41,548 nucleotides of DNA, taken from Candidatus Magasanikiibacteriota bacterium (GTDB lineage Bacteria; Patescibacteriota; Patescibacteriia; Magasanikbacterales; GWA2-37-8). The position numbers and the translations under genes were made by a program. Within the stretch, counting starts at the first letter, position 1. Each line of letters starts with the position of its first letter. Where the stretch lies: contig JAVHSM010000035.1 in the NCBI GenBank assembly GCA_036172155.1, positions 1 to 41,548 on the forward strand, read 5' to 3'. This document shows, in pieces, positions 1 to 10,885 of the stretch. Below the pieces are notes generated by a model. It worked only from the letters and a program-made list of their open reading frames with translations, did not search any database and was not told where the DNA came from.

Positions 1-2295
1 ACAGCACCGGTTAGAAACAGGGTGATATGGGATGGCCGTGATGTAAATAATATTTATACCTTATTTGTTTACGATGGCGCTAAAAAGTTGTTAGCCTCTA
101 CTGTTTTGGGTTCAGAAAGTTATTATTACGATACTGTTGCTTTACCGTTAAAAAACCAGTTGGTGAGAGATCTGTTGATTTCGGCACAAAGCGGTAAAGT
201 TTTAAAAATTCATTTAAACGGAAGTCAACTTACATCAATAATTTTGTTGGATGTTTCCAAGCCAGTGGCTGTTGCGGTTAATAATAATGGCACTGAATTG
301 GTACTCGCTTATCCGGATAATAAAGTATTGGATATTTATGCGTGGGATGGTGCAAAAATTATTTTAACAAAAAAAATAACATTAAATTCAGAAATAATTT
401 ATCCGGTGTCGTATAATACTGACGAAACCATAATATATGGAGTTAGTCGCGATAATAAATTAGTGGCAATAGAAAAAAATAGTGGAAATATTTTGACTGG
501 TTTTCCTACTATGCTTTCGTCTGTGGCAGTGGGCAGTCCATTATTGGTGAATTTGGACACTAGTAGTTCATCTGATGAGATCGTAGTCAATTTATCAAAT
601 GGCAGAAAAGATGTTTTTGATGGATTGGGCAACAAATTGGCGATTGATCTTGGTGTAAAAAGTTTTGGTAATCAAAGTTTAGACATTCAAAATAAAACGG
701 ACAATACACTCTTGTCTGGTTTGAATAATTTTGTTTTACAATCGGTTAGTTCTATAAAAAATTTGTTATCATCTTTTTGGAGTGTCATTAAAATTAATAT
801 TTTGAGTAAAATAGATTTGCTGGATGTTGATATTTCTGCCAACCCTTCTTCCGGTGTTCCACCTATGATAGTAAAATTATCCGCCACCGCCTCTGGTGGT
901 GCCGCCAAAGTATCAGACAGATTAAATTTCAGCCAACTAAACCTAAGAAACATTGTCCCTACTAATGCCACCGGATCAGGTGAATCACAAGATAACGGCG
1001 ATACACTCTACTTAAATAAGATGATGTGGAAAGCAGTTGATTTACCATACACAATCACACCTAATACAGTTGTCGAACTTGATTTCAAATCCAATGGCCT
1101 TGGTTGGAGCCACGGTTTTGGTTTTGACAATGGCTACCCAGTGTGGAATGTAAAACACTATATTCCTTTCAGTTCGGTTTATGGTGAAAATATTAACGCC
1201 GACAATTCATTCAACGATTATGTTTCTCTAGGTCAATGGAAACACTACAAAATCCCAGTCGGCAAACTATTAGTAAATAAAGCTTACAGTGAAATGTATT
1301 TTAATTCTTATTGTGGAAATGCTTATTGCCCCGCTGTCTTTGATTCTTATTTCAGGAATGTTCGTATTTACGAATCCGACAAACCAAATTATTCTTTTGC
1401 TTGGGACTTTGGTGATGGTACGACGGTCACTAGTTCGGCTGGTTATGATTCCATTTATCACACCTATAATAATTCAGGAGATTATACTGCCAAAGTAACT
1501 GTGGATGATGGACAAACACAGATCGTTAAAACTATTCCAATCAAGACTGCTTGGGCGACATTTGACACGTTAATTTCTGCTTCTCCAAGTAGTGGTGTTC
1601 CACCTCTGCCAGTGAGACTTTCCGCCACTCCTTTTGGTGGTGCCGCCTTATCGAGTCCGTTGAAAGTGAATTTTAACAGTCAAACTTTAAAGAATTTTTC
1701 TTCTTATCCCAATCAATCTGGAACATCAACTGTTTTAGATGGTGGCGATACAATCGGATTAGTAGGCTTTAATTTCAAGACCTACGATGTCAATTATACT
1801 CTTACCTCAAGCACCATGCTAGAATTTGATTTTAAATCCAATGTTTATGGTTGGAGTCATGATATTGGTTTTGAAACTCCTTGGACATCTGGCAAGCGCT
1901 TCTTTAACTTAGCCGGTACTGCCAATTATACAGATTGGCCAATAAATGATTTCAGAAATTATAACAAACAAGGACAGTGGCAACATTATAAAATTCCGGT
2001 TGGTCAATACTATATTGTCTTTGCTTCAAAACTTATTTTAGATGCCTACTGCAGTAATGCCTGGTGTCCAACTAATTTTGATTCATATTTCAGAAATATT
2101 CGTATTTATGAATCCGACAAATCTCTTTATAGCTATACTTGGGATTTTGGTGATGGATCTAACGCTTCTAGTTCAGTGGGGTATGATGTAATGTATCATA
2201 CATATACCACTCCTGGTAATTTTGTGGCCAAGGTAACAGTGAACGATAGTCAGAGTTTGGTATCCAATTCCACAACAATATCAGTAACACCTTAA
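1..2295 (+). CDS. Surface/secreted repeat protein with two PKD-type modules; 5' end open at window edge
   Basis: The frame is open from nt 1, with no stop before the GTG at 22. There are two copies of the PKD hallmarks 'SSGVPP..V.LSAT..GGAA' and 'WDFGDG...YHTY...G.Y/F.AKVTV.D'. Stop is TAA at 2293-2295. Confidence 0.75.
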   Translation, partial: TAPVRNRVIWDGRDVNNIYTLFVYDGAKKLLASTVLGSESYYYDTVALPLKNQLVRDLLISAQSGKVLKIHLNGSQLTSIILLDVSKPVAVAVNNNGTELVLAYPDNKVLDIYAWDGAKIILTKKITLNSEIIYPVSYNTDETIIYGVSRDNKLVAIEKNSGNILTGFPTMLSSVAVGSPLLVNLDTSSSSDEIVVNLSNGRKDVFDGLGNKLAIDLGVKSFGNQSLDIQNKTDNTLLSGLNNFVLQSVSSIKNLLSSFWSVIKINILSKIDLLDVDISANPSSGVPPMIVKLSATASGGAAKVSDRLNFSQLNLRNIVPTNATGSGESQDNGDTLYLNKMMWKAVDLPYTITPNTVVELDFKSNGLGWSHGFGFDNGYPVWNVKHYIPFSSVYGENINADNSFNDYVSLGQWKHYKIPVGKLLVNKAYSEMYFNSYCGNAYCPAVFDSYFRNVRIYESDKPNYSFAWDFGDGTTVTSSAGYDSIYHTYNNSGDYTAKVTVDDGQTQIVKTIPIKTAWATFDTLISASPSSGVPPLPVRLSATPFGGAALSSPLKVNFNSQTLKNFSSYPNQSGTSTVLDGGDTIGLVGFNFKTYDVNYTLTSSTMLEFDFKSNVYGWSHDIGFETPWTSGKRFFNLAGTANYTDWPINDFRNYNKQGQWQHYKIPVGQYYIVFASKLILDAYCSNAWCPTNFDSYFRNIRIYESDKSLYSYTWDFGDGSNASSSVGYDVMYHTYTTPGNFVAKVTVNDSQSLVSNSTTISVTP

Positions 2296-2304
2296 TAGAT
2301 ATTT

Positions 2305-5300
2305 ATGACATTACTTAACTTAAACAAAAATTTTTCTTTAAATAATATGTTCAAGTCTGAATATCTATTAAAACCGTTGGTGAGTATTGTGGTTTTGCAA
2401 ATGATTTTGATGCCAGTAGCGCCGGTGTTGGCGGAAGAATTGCAAAATCTAAACAGTTTTTCCTTTGAAGGTGCTACCAGTACGCCGGTAGAAGCAATTA
2501 ATATTGTCGATTCGATAGCGACATCTACAGAAAATGTTACTATATTAAACATCGACAGTATACCGACACCAACCACCTTATTTGGTACTCTATTGATTGA
2601 TAACACTAATAATTTTTCAACTAGTAGCGCAACTGCATCTCTAAATTTGGATACCACTTCCAGCACTTCAAATGTTTTATTAGTAAACACTTCCACAGTG
2701 AATGATAATTTGGTAACTCAACAACCATTAGCCAATCAAATTAATATATTAAGTAGAGACATATTCTTGTTGGATGAATTGGTACCTTTAAAAATTAGAA
2801 ATATTGATGAAGAACAAGAGCTGGCCGATTCAATTTTGGCTATTCCAAAGATAGTATCACTGGAAGAAAATATTAAAATTCCAGATTCTTTATTTAAAGT
2901 GGTGGACGAGTACAAAGATGAAGCTGATCTTGGTAATGGAAAAAAAGTGATGAAAATTTTCCCAACACCAAGGCAGACATATGTTGACAATGGTATACAA
3001 AAAGTTCGTCCGTCTGGTTGGAATAAATTTGATCAGGATCCGGTATCCAAAATTAGAACGCCAAAAAGTGGTGGTTATAATTTTGGTGTTTCTTTAACAG
3101 AGAACGAAAAAGTGGATATTACTGTGGGTGATCTTGAACATAGAAATATTGGAAGACAAACTAATTTGGTTGTTCCTGGCAAAACATCTTTTCGCCAATT
3201 TACTGATAAGGATAATTATGTTGTTTCTTCTTTTAAAGATGTTTATAAAGATGTGGATGTAAATTTTGTTGACAAACAAACTTTTCGTACCAAAGAAATT
3301 ATTATCAATAAACCACCGACTGGTATTAATGCCGATGAATTAATTTTTTGGGAAGAATATAAAATACCGACCAATGCGGTAGTGGCTATAAATGATAAAG
3401 AAATTAATGGCTCTAACGATAATGTTCAAGGAGAAGTTTCTATTTCTTCACCGACTGGGGAAAAATTTATAATAAGCGGGGCTATTATTTATGATGGTTC
3501 ATTTCAGGATGTAAATGATATTGAATCAAGAGCTGAGGCTGTTAAAGAAATTGTTGAAGTCGATCATATCAATAATAAAGTACGAATAGGCTTGAAAGTT
3601 TCTGCCGATTATTTGCTATCCGTCGATAGAATTTATCCAGTGACGATAGACCCCATCTATACCACCTGTATGCAAGGCGGTGGCAGTAATATTGGTACTT
3701 GTAATATAAACGAAGTTTATCTCCGATACATGACAAGTAATACTTACTTGGCATATCAATCAAAAGCTTATTTGTTGCTGGGTTATTCGTCAGATGTAAA
3801 CGGTCCGGCCACCAGACAGCCGGTAATCGGTTTTATGCAAAGTAATGGTAGCTATTTTCCAAATTTAACATCATACGGAACATTAACAAATGCCAAACTT
3901 TATTTAACCAGATCAGAAAATGCCGGGTTGGGGTCTACTTCTGGTAGTGGTATTGCTACTCATGTAATGAAAGTTACTAATTCTTGGGATAAAAACACAG
4001 TTATTTATGGACACCCTGGGATACAAAATGATGGTATTCATAATTATTTGTCCGATATTTCAAGTTCGTATACTTCAATTTCTCGAAGTATCGCCAGTGG
4101 ACAGTCAGTTTCTTGGGATGTTACTAGTGCTGTTCAAGATTGGATAAGTGGTAGTTCAAATTATGGACTTTATATCGAGCCTACTCCTCATTGGACATCA
4201 GGTGTTACTCCGGGCTGGCCTTTAAAGAATTTTTGGTTTAGATCTTCTGTGTGGGGTAGCTCAGGTGGACCGTATCTTGAATTAAATTTTACACCACCCG
4301 TTCCATCCAAACCGGATCTCATTGATAACGGGACGACCATCTCTCCAAAGTCAGTCACTGCTGGTCAAAGTTTAACTATTAATTTTAAAATTAAAAATAA
4401 TAGTTCGGCGGCTAGTGTAGGACAGTCTAGTGTTCTGAAATATTATTTTAATCCATCTAGCAATTGTTATGGTACTTCAAATCCGGCCGGGCAAATTACC
4501 ATTCCAACTTTAAACGCTAATGGTACAAATAATCAGTCCACAGGTTATACTGTTCCGTCCGGAATATCGGGAAATTATTGTTTTTATTATGTAATTGACG
4601 CGAATAATAATGTTGATGAAAGTAATGAAAGCAATAATACTCTTTATGCCAATATTACTGTGGCTCTGGCTGTCGTCGATCCGTTGGAACCAAACAATAC
4701 CTCGGCCAGCGCGTATAATATTGGTTCAAATACTTCGTATGTCAACAATTCTTTGGAGTTGACTTCCAGTGATCAAGATTGGTTTAAATTTATTTATAAT
4801 TCCAAAACATATTATTTTAAAGTCCGTGGATATACTTCCGGAAGTATCGGTAAATATGGTATAAATTTCAGTCGTTCCGGTTCGGCAGTGACTATTGAAA
4901 CAACCAGCGTCGGCGGAAGCTCGGTAGATACTTATTTGGAATTGTACGATAGTAACGGTTCGACGATATTAACCAGTGATGATGATAATGGTGCCGGAGC
5001 TTTTTCTTTAATAAATAATTATAGCTTGGTGGTTGATGTTTATGATTTTGTAGCGTCAAATTTTGCTATTACTGATACCAAATTACGATATTCCGGTTTG
5101 TCGGATACCATCACTATGAATGGTTATGTTCAAAATACTGGAAATGTGGGTGGTAGTGTAAATTATATTCTGCGTTTAAAAAATTTAGCGGATGGTTCTG
5201 TTTATAATCTTAACAGTCTTTCTCCAAGTTCATTAAATTTATCGGCTGGTTATAGCCAATATGTGAATTTAACCGGTTCAGTGCCAAACGGCATGCCATT

Positions 5301-8300
5301 TTACGGTAATTATTCGGTGGAGGTGATTTTGGATTCTAATTTCGCTATTACGGAAAGTAACGAAAATAACAACACTGCTAACAGCACTAATAATGTATCT
5401 GTACAACAATATTATACCGGCGGTGGCGGTGGCAGTGGTTCTTCTTCTGACGCTGATGCTGATACATTTACCAATGTGGAAGAAACTTATGTTGGCACAA
5501 ATGTAAATGGTACACAATCATTGAGCCCATTTGATAATAACAACAAGCAAAAGACGGCAATTTTGTCGGATAAACCAAAAAATATGGTAGCGGCGTCAGT
5601 TAGTTATTCGGATGCGATGAGTATTGTAAAAACTTCTTTATTTGCCGACAATTCTTCCTACAGCGCTGATCCGGTAAATATTCGTACTGGTGCATTTGAA
5701 TTTAATCAAACAGATTTTGCCTTAGTCGGGCGCGGTTTGCCGATAAATTTTAATCGTGTTTACAATAGTAAAATTTCAGATATTGGTGGTCGTCTTGGTA
5801 ATGGCTGGAGCGATTCATATAATATTTTTTATTATCAAGACCCAACTACAAAAAATATTCTATTATATTTAGGCGGTTCATTGACTACTTTGTTTACCAC
5901 CAACGATGGTGGGGTTACTTTCAACGCCCCGCATGGTGAATTTGAAATTTTGACCAAGGAAAGTGGAAATTTGGTATACAAAACATTGAACGGTATAAAA
6001 TATATCTTTTCTCTGCAACTCACCAATAATCTTGGTATTTTAAAACAAATTGTAGACACCAAAGGCAATACAGTAACTTTAAATTATAATACTGTCCGTG
6101 ATATTCCGCTCATTTCATCTATCGTTGATGCTTCCGGCAGACAAATTAGTTTTGTTTATCCTGTAAGCACCGATCCATTGTGGGATAAAATACAGGAAGT
6201 GCGTGAGAGTGTCGGTGGGACAAGTAAACTAATCGCCAAATATACCTACGATAGCAATGAAAATTTAATCACCGATCATCAAGAATCCAATTATTCCGTC
6301 GAGGTAACAAAAAATATTGATCGTACTTTTACTTATGATGTTTCCGGCCGAATGCTTACATATACTGATACACGCAGTACAACTTTATATAATGAGTATG
6401 ACGGCACTGGTCGTATTACCAAGCAATACGAAAAAAATCCACGTTTGGGTTCCAATGACAAACGCTTAATTTATGAATTGATTTACACTGATGTTGCCGA
6501 TCCAGGTGTAGCTGGAAGTGCCCACTGTACTTTGGTAAAAAATTATCGCGATGCCAGCAATCATTATGATGAATATGCTTGTTATAATAGTAACGAATTA
6601 AAAATTTATAGTAAAAAAGGTAATAACATTGAGCAATGGCAATACGATGGTAGTGGCATGATAATAAAATATACTGATGCACTAGGCAATGTCACTAATT
6701 ATACTTACGATGTCAATCGCCGTTTGATTTCTCAGACACCAGCGGATAGTATCGATTGGCACACCGTGGTCACCTTTGAATATGAAAATAATTTTAATCG
6801 CCTCACCAAAAAAACTGAAACCGTCACCGCTCTTACCGGTAAAACACCGCCATCACCGAGAGTAACAAATTTTACAATCGATTCGGCTACTGGCAATTTG
6901 ACAACCGTCCAATATCCAGATGGCCTTTCCGAATCATTTCAATATGATGCATTCGGTAATGTAAAAAAATATACCAATAAAAATAATGCGGTGACGGATT
7001 ATGTTTATGATAGCAACGGCAATTATGTAAGTAGTGAAACTGTGACAGTCACTCAGGCCGATAACACCGCTCAAACCATAAAAAAACAATATGGCTATGA
7101 TGGCTATGGTCATCGTACTTCGTATGTCGATCCAAATGGCAAGACATATAGTTATGGCTATGATACCCGTGGCAATATGCGGTTTGAGACTGATCCGTTG
7201 GCCAATAGTAAATATTATAAATATGATCAAGAAGATCACAGAATATTAGAAACGGACGCACTCGGACATGACACGCAATATGTTTATGATACCGATATCA
7301 ATGCTAGTTTGCTGTCCGTAACCAAAGTGAGTGGTAGCGGGAATATTGTTAATAGTCGTCAATATGATTATGTCGGTAATGTGATTAAAGAAATTGACGG
7401 CAATGGCAATAATAAAAATTATACTTACACCGCCGAAAATTGGCTATTAAGTACTGCTGATGCTAAACGCACAATCACCAATGATTATTATGTGAACGGT
7501 TGGTTGAAAAAACAGACGGACAGCGAAGGTCGTCGCACAGATTATTTTTATGACACCCGTGGAAACAAAACTGAAACCAGAGCGTATTATGATGCGACAA
7601 ATTTTATTTCCAACAAATTTGTTTATGACGGTTTCAATCGAGTGATTTCCCAAACTGATGGAAAAAATAATGTCACCACTTTTGCATACGATGTAATGGG
7701 TCGCCTCATCACTTCGACAGATGCCAAAGGGGGAGTGACTACATATTTTTATGATGCGGTCGGCAATAAAATCGGTGAACGCTCTCCGCGTGCTAGTGCC
7801 GACGCCACTCTACGCAATAGCTATGGATATTCCACCGCCTATTTTTATGACAATGCTAATCGCTTGATCAAAAAAGTAAATGCCAATGATAAAGCGACCC
7901 TATATATTTATGATGCCAACGGCAATATTATCAAGTCAATTGAAAACCAAAATAGCGACGGCACATCGGCCACTCATGTTTCACAAGCAACTTATTTTGA
8001 TAACAATTGGAAAAAAACTGAAACCGATGCTGAAGGTGGAATAGTACAATATGCTTATGAAAAAGTTGGCACAATAAAAACCAAAACTTCCGCCGCTGGC
8101 TTGGTGACGAGCTATACCTATGATGATTTCAATCGTCTTACCAAAGAAACAGACAATGCTGGTTTGGCTACTATTTATCAATATGACGCCAATAACAATA
8201 AAACCGCAGTCACTTATTCTGATAATACTAAAACTCAATATACCTACAGCCCTCTCAATCAAATTCTTACCGTCAAAGATGCTCTCAACGGTACTCGTCA

Positions 8301-10587
8301 ATTTGAATATGATGGCGCCAACAATAAAATCAAAGAAACAAACAAACTGGGCAAAGTGACAAATTTTGTCTATGACAAATTAAATCGTTTATCCCAAGAA
8401 GCCAATCCGGCAGGCACAGCTACCAATTATACTTATGATAATAATTCCAATCGTACCGCGGAGATCGTCGGAGCGAAAACTACCGCCTACGAATACGATG
8501 AATTAAATCGTAATACTAAAATTATTTATCCTGGAAATAAATCCGAAAGTGTCACTTATGATACTAATGGAAATATAGCCACCAAGACAGATGGCAAAGG
8601 ACAAAAAATAACTTATTCTTATGATAAATTAAATCGTCAGACAACCAAACTTCTGCCGGGTGGTTTTGCTGTACAATATGTTTATGACAATTGGAGTAAC
8701 CTCACCAATCTCACTGATGAAAGCGGCACCACTGTATATATTTATGATAAATTAAATCGCAACACCAATGAAACCAAAACATTGGTTGGTTTGACTGGAA
8801 AAAATTATACTGTGGTACGCGCGTATAATGCCGATAGCCAGATGTCCGCGCTTACCGATTCGGCCAATCGTAAATTTGATTATGCTTATAATACTCGCGG
8901 TTTATTGGACAATGTAAAATATGGTGCTACTACTTTGTCCAAATATAGTTATTCCAATTTTGGCAAACCAAATTTGGTAGAATATGGCAATGGTGCAAAA
9001 ACCAATTTAATTTATGATAGTTTAAATCGTGTTACTAATATTGCGACCAACTCCGGTACGACTACTCTGTTCTCTCAAAAATATTCTTATGATGCCCAGA
9101 GCAATCGTATTACCATGAATGATGGGTCTAATAGTACTACCACTTATAACTATGATGATCTTGAACAACTTATCAATGTAAATATAAATATCAATGGAAC
9201 CAATAGCGTCTTAGGTTACAGCTATGATGTTTATGGCAATCGTACTGTTCAAACTAATCCACTCAGCACTGCCAACTATACTTATACTGCCGGCACAAAT
9301 GAATTGAGTACGGTAACATATAACAATCGTCTTTCCGTAGCGAGCACCTTTGATACCAATGGTTCGCTCACTAAAGAAACCTATGCCAAATTAGGCAAGG
9401 CTGATAAAGATATTACTTACACTTGGGACAACCAGAATCGTCTGGCGCAAATAAATTATCACTATACCAATCGTCCGGCCTTTATGCCGGCTGTACCGGA
9501 CAATACTCTGAATTTCACTTATGATGATTTTGGCAACCGTACCAAAAAACAAACCAATAGTGGCACGCTCACATATTATGTGAATTCCGGTAATGTGGTC
9601 TTGAATGAAATCAGTAGTACTGGCACCACCACAAAATCTATGGTGTATGGTTTGTCATCAATCGCTGAAATAGATCAAAATAATGTTGTAACATATATTC
9701 ACCAAGATACATTGGGATCCACTGTACTTACCACAAATCAATCAGGTGGTACTGTGACTAAATACGAATACGACCCCTTCGGCCAACTCATCGGCCAAGA
9801 TGGTTTCACCAACACCAACTATCTCTACACCGGTCAAGAATACGACCAAGAAAGTGATCTCTACTATTACAACGCCCGCTACTACAACCCACGCCTCGGT
9901 CGTTTCATCACCCGTGATCCATACCTTGGCCGTGATGGTGACACTCTCTCTAGAAATGGATATACTTATGTTAAGAATAACCCACTCAAATATGTGGATC
10001 CGAGTGGGGAGGTAGAAGAGCAAAGTGTGTACGATAAAGTTGTAAATAACGATTATGTTCAAGGAGTCGGAGGTTTTGTTGTGGGAGCTTCGCAAGGATT
10101 GTGGTCAACAGTTAAAACTGTTGGAAATGCAATTGTGAATCCGATTGATACTATAGTAGATATTGGCAAAGGGGTTAAGGATATAGCTGTAAATACATAC
10201 GATGGTAGTAAATTAATATATAACGAAATTAGTAATAAAGGAGTTGGCGGTTTTATTGATGATGTAGGCGAAGGTATAAAATATTCCGCAAAAAATACCT
10301 ATAACGATTTATTGAATAAAACCCCGTATGAGCAGGGTAAAATGATAGGGTTTATAACTGAGAAGGTTGCGGAAGTTATTGTCCTTAAAAAAGCCGCATC
10401 TAATATAAATAGTAATTCTTATCTTCGTATAGGTGAAGGCTATACGCAAAAGGGTGCTATTGCTAAAGAGTTTAGGATAGCTATCGGTGGTAAAAAAGCA
10501 TGGATACATGCACATATTCATGCAGGTAATTTATTTACACCTTCTAAATGGGTGCAAAAATTTTTCGGATTTAAGAAGTACAACTAA
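2305..10587 (+). CDS. RHS/YD-repeat polymorphic toxin (2760 aa) with a multidomain N-terminal region and an unrecognised C-terminal tip
   Basis: Hydrophobic signal-like N-terminus (LLKPLVSIVVLQMILMPVAPVLA). DNRLRE-like stretch ('LTNAKLYLTRSEN', 'VMKVTNSWDKNTV', 'SWDVTSAVQDWISGSSNYGLYIEP'). Two CARDB-like modules ending 'ESNE(S/N)NNT'. PPC-like module ('DPLEPNNTSASAY..DQDWFKF..DTYLELYDSNG'). RHS plug start 'DPVNIRTGAFEF...NRVYNS'. Dozens of YD repeats ('YTYD..GN'). Core end 'YYNARYYNPRLGRFITRDPY...NNPLKYVDPSGE' at ~9850-10011, followed by a ~190-aa unique tail. Confidence 0.9.
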   Translation: MTLLNLNKNFSLNNMFKSEYLLKPLVSIVVLQMILMPVAPVLAEELQNLNSFSFEGATSTPVEAINIVDSIATSTENVTILNIDSIPTPTTLFGTLLIDNTNNFSTSSATASLNLDTTSSTSNVLLVNTSTVNDNLVTQQPLANQINILSRDIFLLDELVPLKIRNIDEEQELADSILAIPKIVSLEENIKIPDSLFKVVDEYKDEADLGNGKKVMKIFPTPRQTYVDNGIQKVRPSGWNKFDQDPVSKIRTPKSGGYNFGVSLTENEKVDITVGDLEHRNIGRQTNLVVPGKTSFRQFTDKDNYVVSSFKDVYKDVDVNFVDKQTFRTKEIIINKPPTGINADELIFWEEYKIPTNAVVAINDKEINGSNDNVQGEVSISSPTGEKFIISGAIIYDGSFQDVNDIESRAEAVKEIVEVDHINNKVRIGLKVSADYLLSVDRIYPVTIDPIYTTCMQGGGSNIGTCNINEVYLRYMTSNTYLAYQSKAYLLLGYSSDVNGPATRQPVIGFMQSNGSYFPNLTSYGTLTNAKLYLTRSENAGLGSTSGSGIATHVMKVTNSWDKNTVIYGHPGIQNDGIHNYLSDISSSYTSISRSIASGQSVSWDVTSAVQDWISGSSNYGLYIEPTPHWTSGVTPGWPLKNFWFRSSVWGSSGGPYLELNFTPPVPSKPDLIDNGTTISPKSVTAGQSLTINFKIKNNSSAASVGQSSVLKYYFNPSSNCYGTSNPAGQITIPTLNANGTNNQSTGYTVPSGISGNYCFYYVIDANNNVDESNESNNTLYANITVALAVVDPLEPNNTSASAYNIGSNTSYVNNSLELTSSDQDWFKFIYNSKTYYFKVRGYTSGSIGKYGINFSRSGSAVTIETTSVGGSSVDTYLELYDSNGSTILTSDDDNGAGAFSLINNYSLVVDVYDFVASNFAITDTKLRYSGLSDTITMNGYVQNTGNVGGSVNYILRLKNLADGSVYNLNSLSPSSLNLSAGYSQYVNLTGSVPNGMPFYGNYSVEVILDSNFAITESNENNNTANSTNNVSVQQYYTGGGGGSGSSSDADADTFTNVEETYVGTNVNGTQSLSPFDNNNKQKTAILSDKPKNMVAASVSYSDAMSIVKTSLFADNSSYSADPVNIRTGAFEFNQTDFALVGRGLPINFNRVYNSKISDIGGRLGNGWSDSYNIFYYQDPTTKNILLYLGGSLTTLFTTNDGGVTFNAPHGEFEILTKESGNLVYKTLNGIKYIFSLQLTNNLGILKQIVDTKGNTVTLNYNTVRDIPLISSIVDASGRQISFVYPVSTDPLWDKIQEVRESVGGTSKLIAKYTYDSNENLITDHQESNYSVEVTKNIDRTFTYDVSGRMLTYTDTRSTTLYNEYDGTGRITKQYEKNPRLGSNDKRLIYELIYTDVADPGVAGSAHCTLVKNYRDASNHYDEYACYNSNELKIYSKKGNNIEQWQYDGSGMIIKYTDALGNVTNYTYDVNRRLISQTPADSIDWHTVVTFEYENNFNRLTKKTETVTALTGKTPPSPRVTNFTIDSATGNLTTVQYPDGLSESFQYDAFGNVKKYTNKNNAVTDYVYDSNGNYVSSETVTVTQADNTAQTIKKQYGYDGYGHRTSYVDPNGKTYSYGYDTRGNMRFETDPLANSKYYKYDQEDHRILETDALGHDTQYVYDTDINASLLSVTKVSGSGNIVNSRQYDYVGNVIKEIDGNGNNKNYTYTAENWLLSTADAKRTITNDYYVNGWLKKQTDSEGRRTDYFYDTRGNKTETRAYYDATNFISNKFVYDGFNRVISQTDGKNNVTTFAYDVMGRLITSTDAKGGVTTYFYDAVGNKIGERSPRASADATLRNSYGYSTAYFYDNANRLIKKVNANDKATLYIYDANGNIIKSIENQNSDGTSATHVSQATYFDNNWKKTETDAEGGIVQYAYEKVGTIKTKTSAAGLVTSYTYDDFNRLTKETDNAGLATIYQYDANNNKTAVTYSDNTKTQYTYSPLNQILTVKDALNGTRQFEYDGANNKIKETNKLGKVTNFVYDKLNRLSQEANPAGTATNYTYDNNSNRTAEIVGAKTTAYEYDELNRNTKIIYPGNKSESVTYDTNGNIATKTDGKGQKITYSYDKLNRQTTKLLPGGFAVQYVYDNWSNLTNLTDESGTTVYIYDKLNRNTNETKTLVGLTGKNYTVVRAYNADSQMSALTDSANRKFDYAYNTRGLLDNVKYGATTLSKYSYSNFGKPNLVEYGNGAKTNLIYDSLNRVTNIATNSGTTTLFSQKYSYDAQSNRITMNDGSNSTTTYNYDDLEQLINVNININGTNSVLGYSYDVYGNRTVQTNPLSTANYTYTAGTNELSTVTYNNRLSVASTFDTNGSLTKETYAKLGKADKDITYTWDNQNRLAQINYHYTNRPAFMPAVPDNTLNFTYDDFGNRTKKQTNSGTLTYYVNSGNVVLNEISSTGTTTKSMVYGLSSIAEIDQNNVVTYIHQDTLGSTVLTTNQSGGTVTKYEYDPFGQLIGQDGFTNTNYLYTGQEYDQESDLYYYNARYYNPRLGRFITRDPYLGRDGDTLSRNGYTYVKNNPLKYVDPSGEVEEQSVYDKVVNNDYVQGVGGFVVGASQGLWSTVKTVGNAIVNPIDTIVDIGKGVKDIAVNTYDGSKLIYNEISNKGVGGFIDDVGEGIKYSAKNTYNDLLNKTPYEQGKMIGFITEKVAEVIVLKKAASNINSNSYLRIGEGYTQKGAIAKEFRIAIGGKKAWIHAHIHAGNLFTPSKWVQKFFGFKKYN

Positions 10588-10593
10588 TATTAT

Positions 10594-10839
10594 ATGAAAT
10601 ATATTAAATTAGATTATACAAAAGTAAATACAGATCAACAAAATTATATTTATTTGTTGGAGATAGATGATGATGGTATGGTTGAAAAACAGCTCGCATT
10701 AGATAAAAATAATAAAATTCTACATAAGATAACGGCAGATATACCGACAGGAGATTTTCGGTGGGAATTCAACAAATTCAGTGAAGAAGAAATAGAAAGG
10801 TATAAAATAACAAAGGAGGAATTTTTTCAATATTGGTAA
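10594..10839 (+). CDS. Candidate immunity protein for the RHS C-terminal toxin
   Basis: 81-aa acidic ORF starting 6 nt after the RHS stop, with no signal peptide. This is the canonical immunity-gene position. No family recognised. Confidence 0.5.
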   Translation: MKYIKLDYTKVNTDQQNYIYLLEIDDDGMVEKQLALDKNNKILHKITADIPTGDFRWEFNKFSEEEIERYKITKEEFFQYW

Positions 10840-10885
10840 AATTATGAAGGAACATTTAGTAGAGATGATTTTAATTTAATCAACA

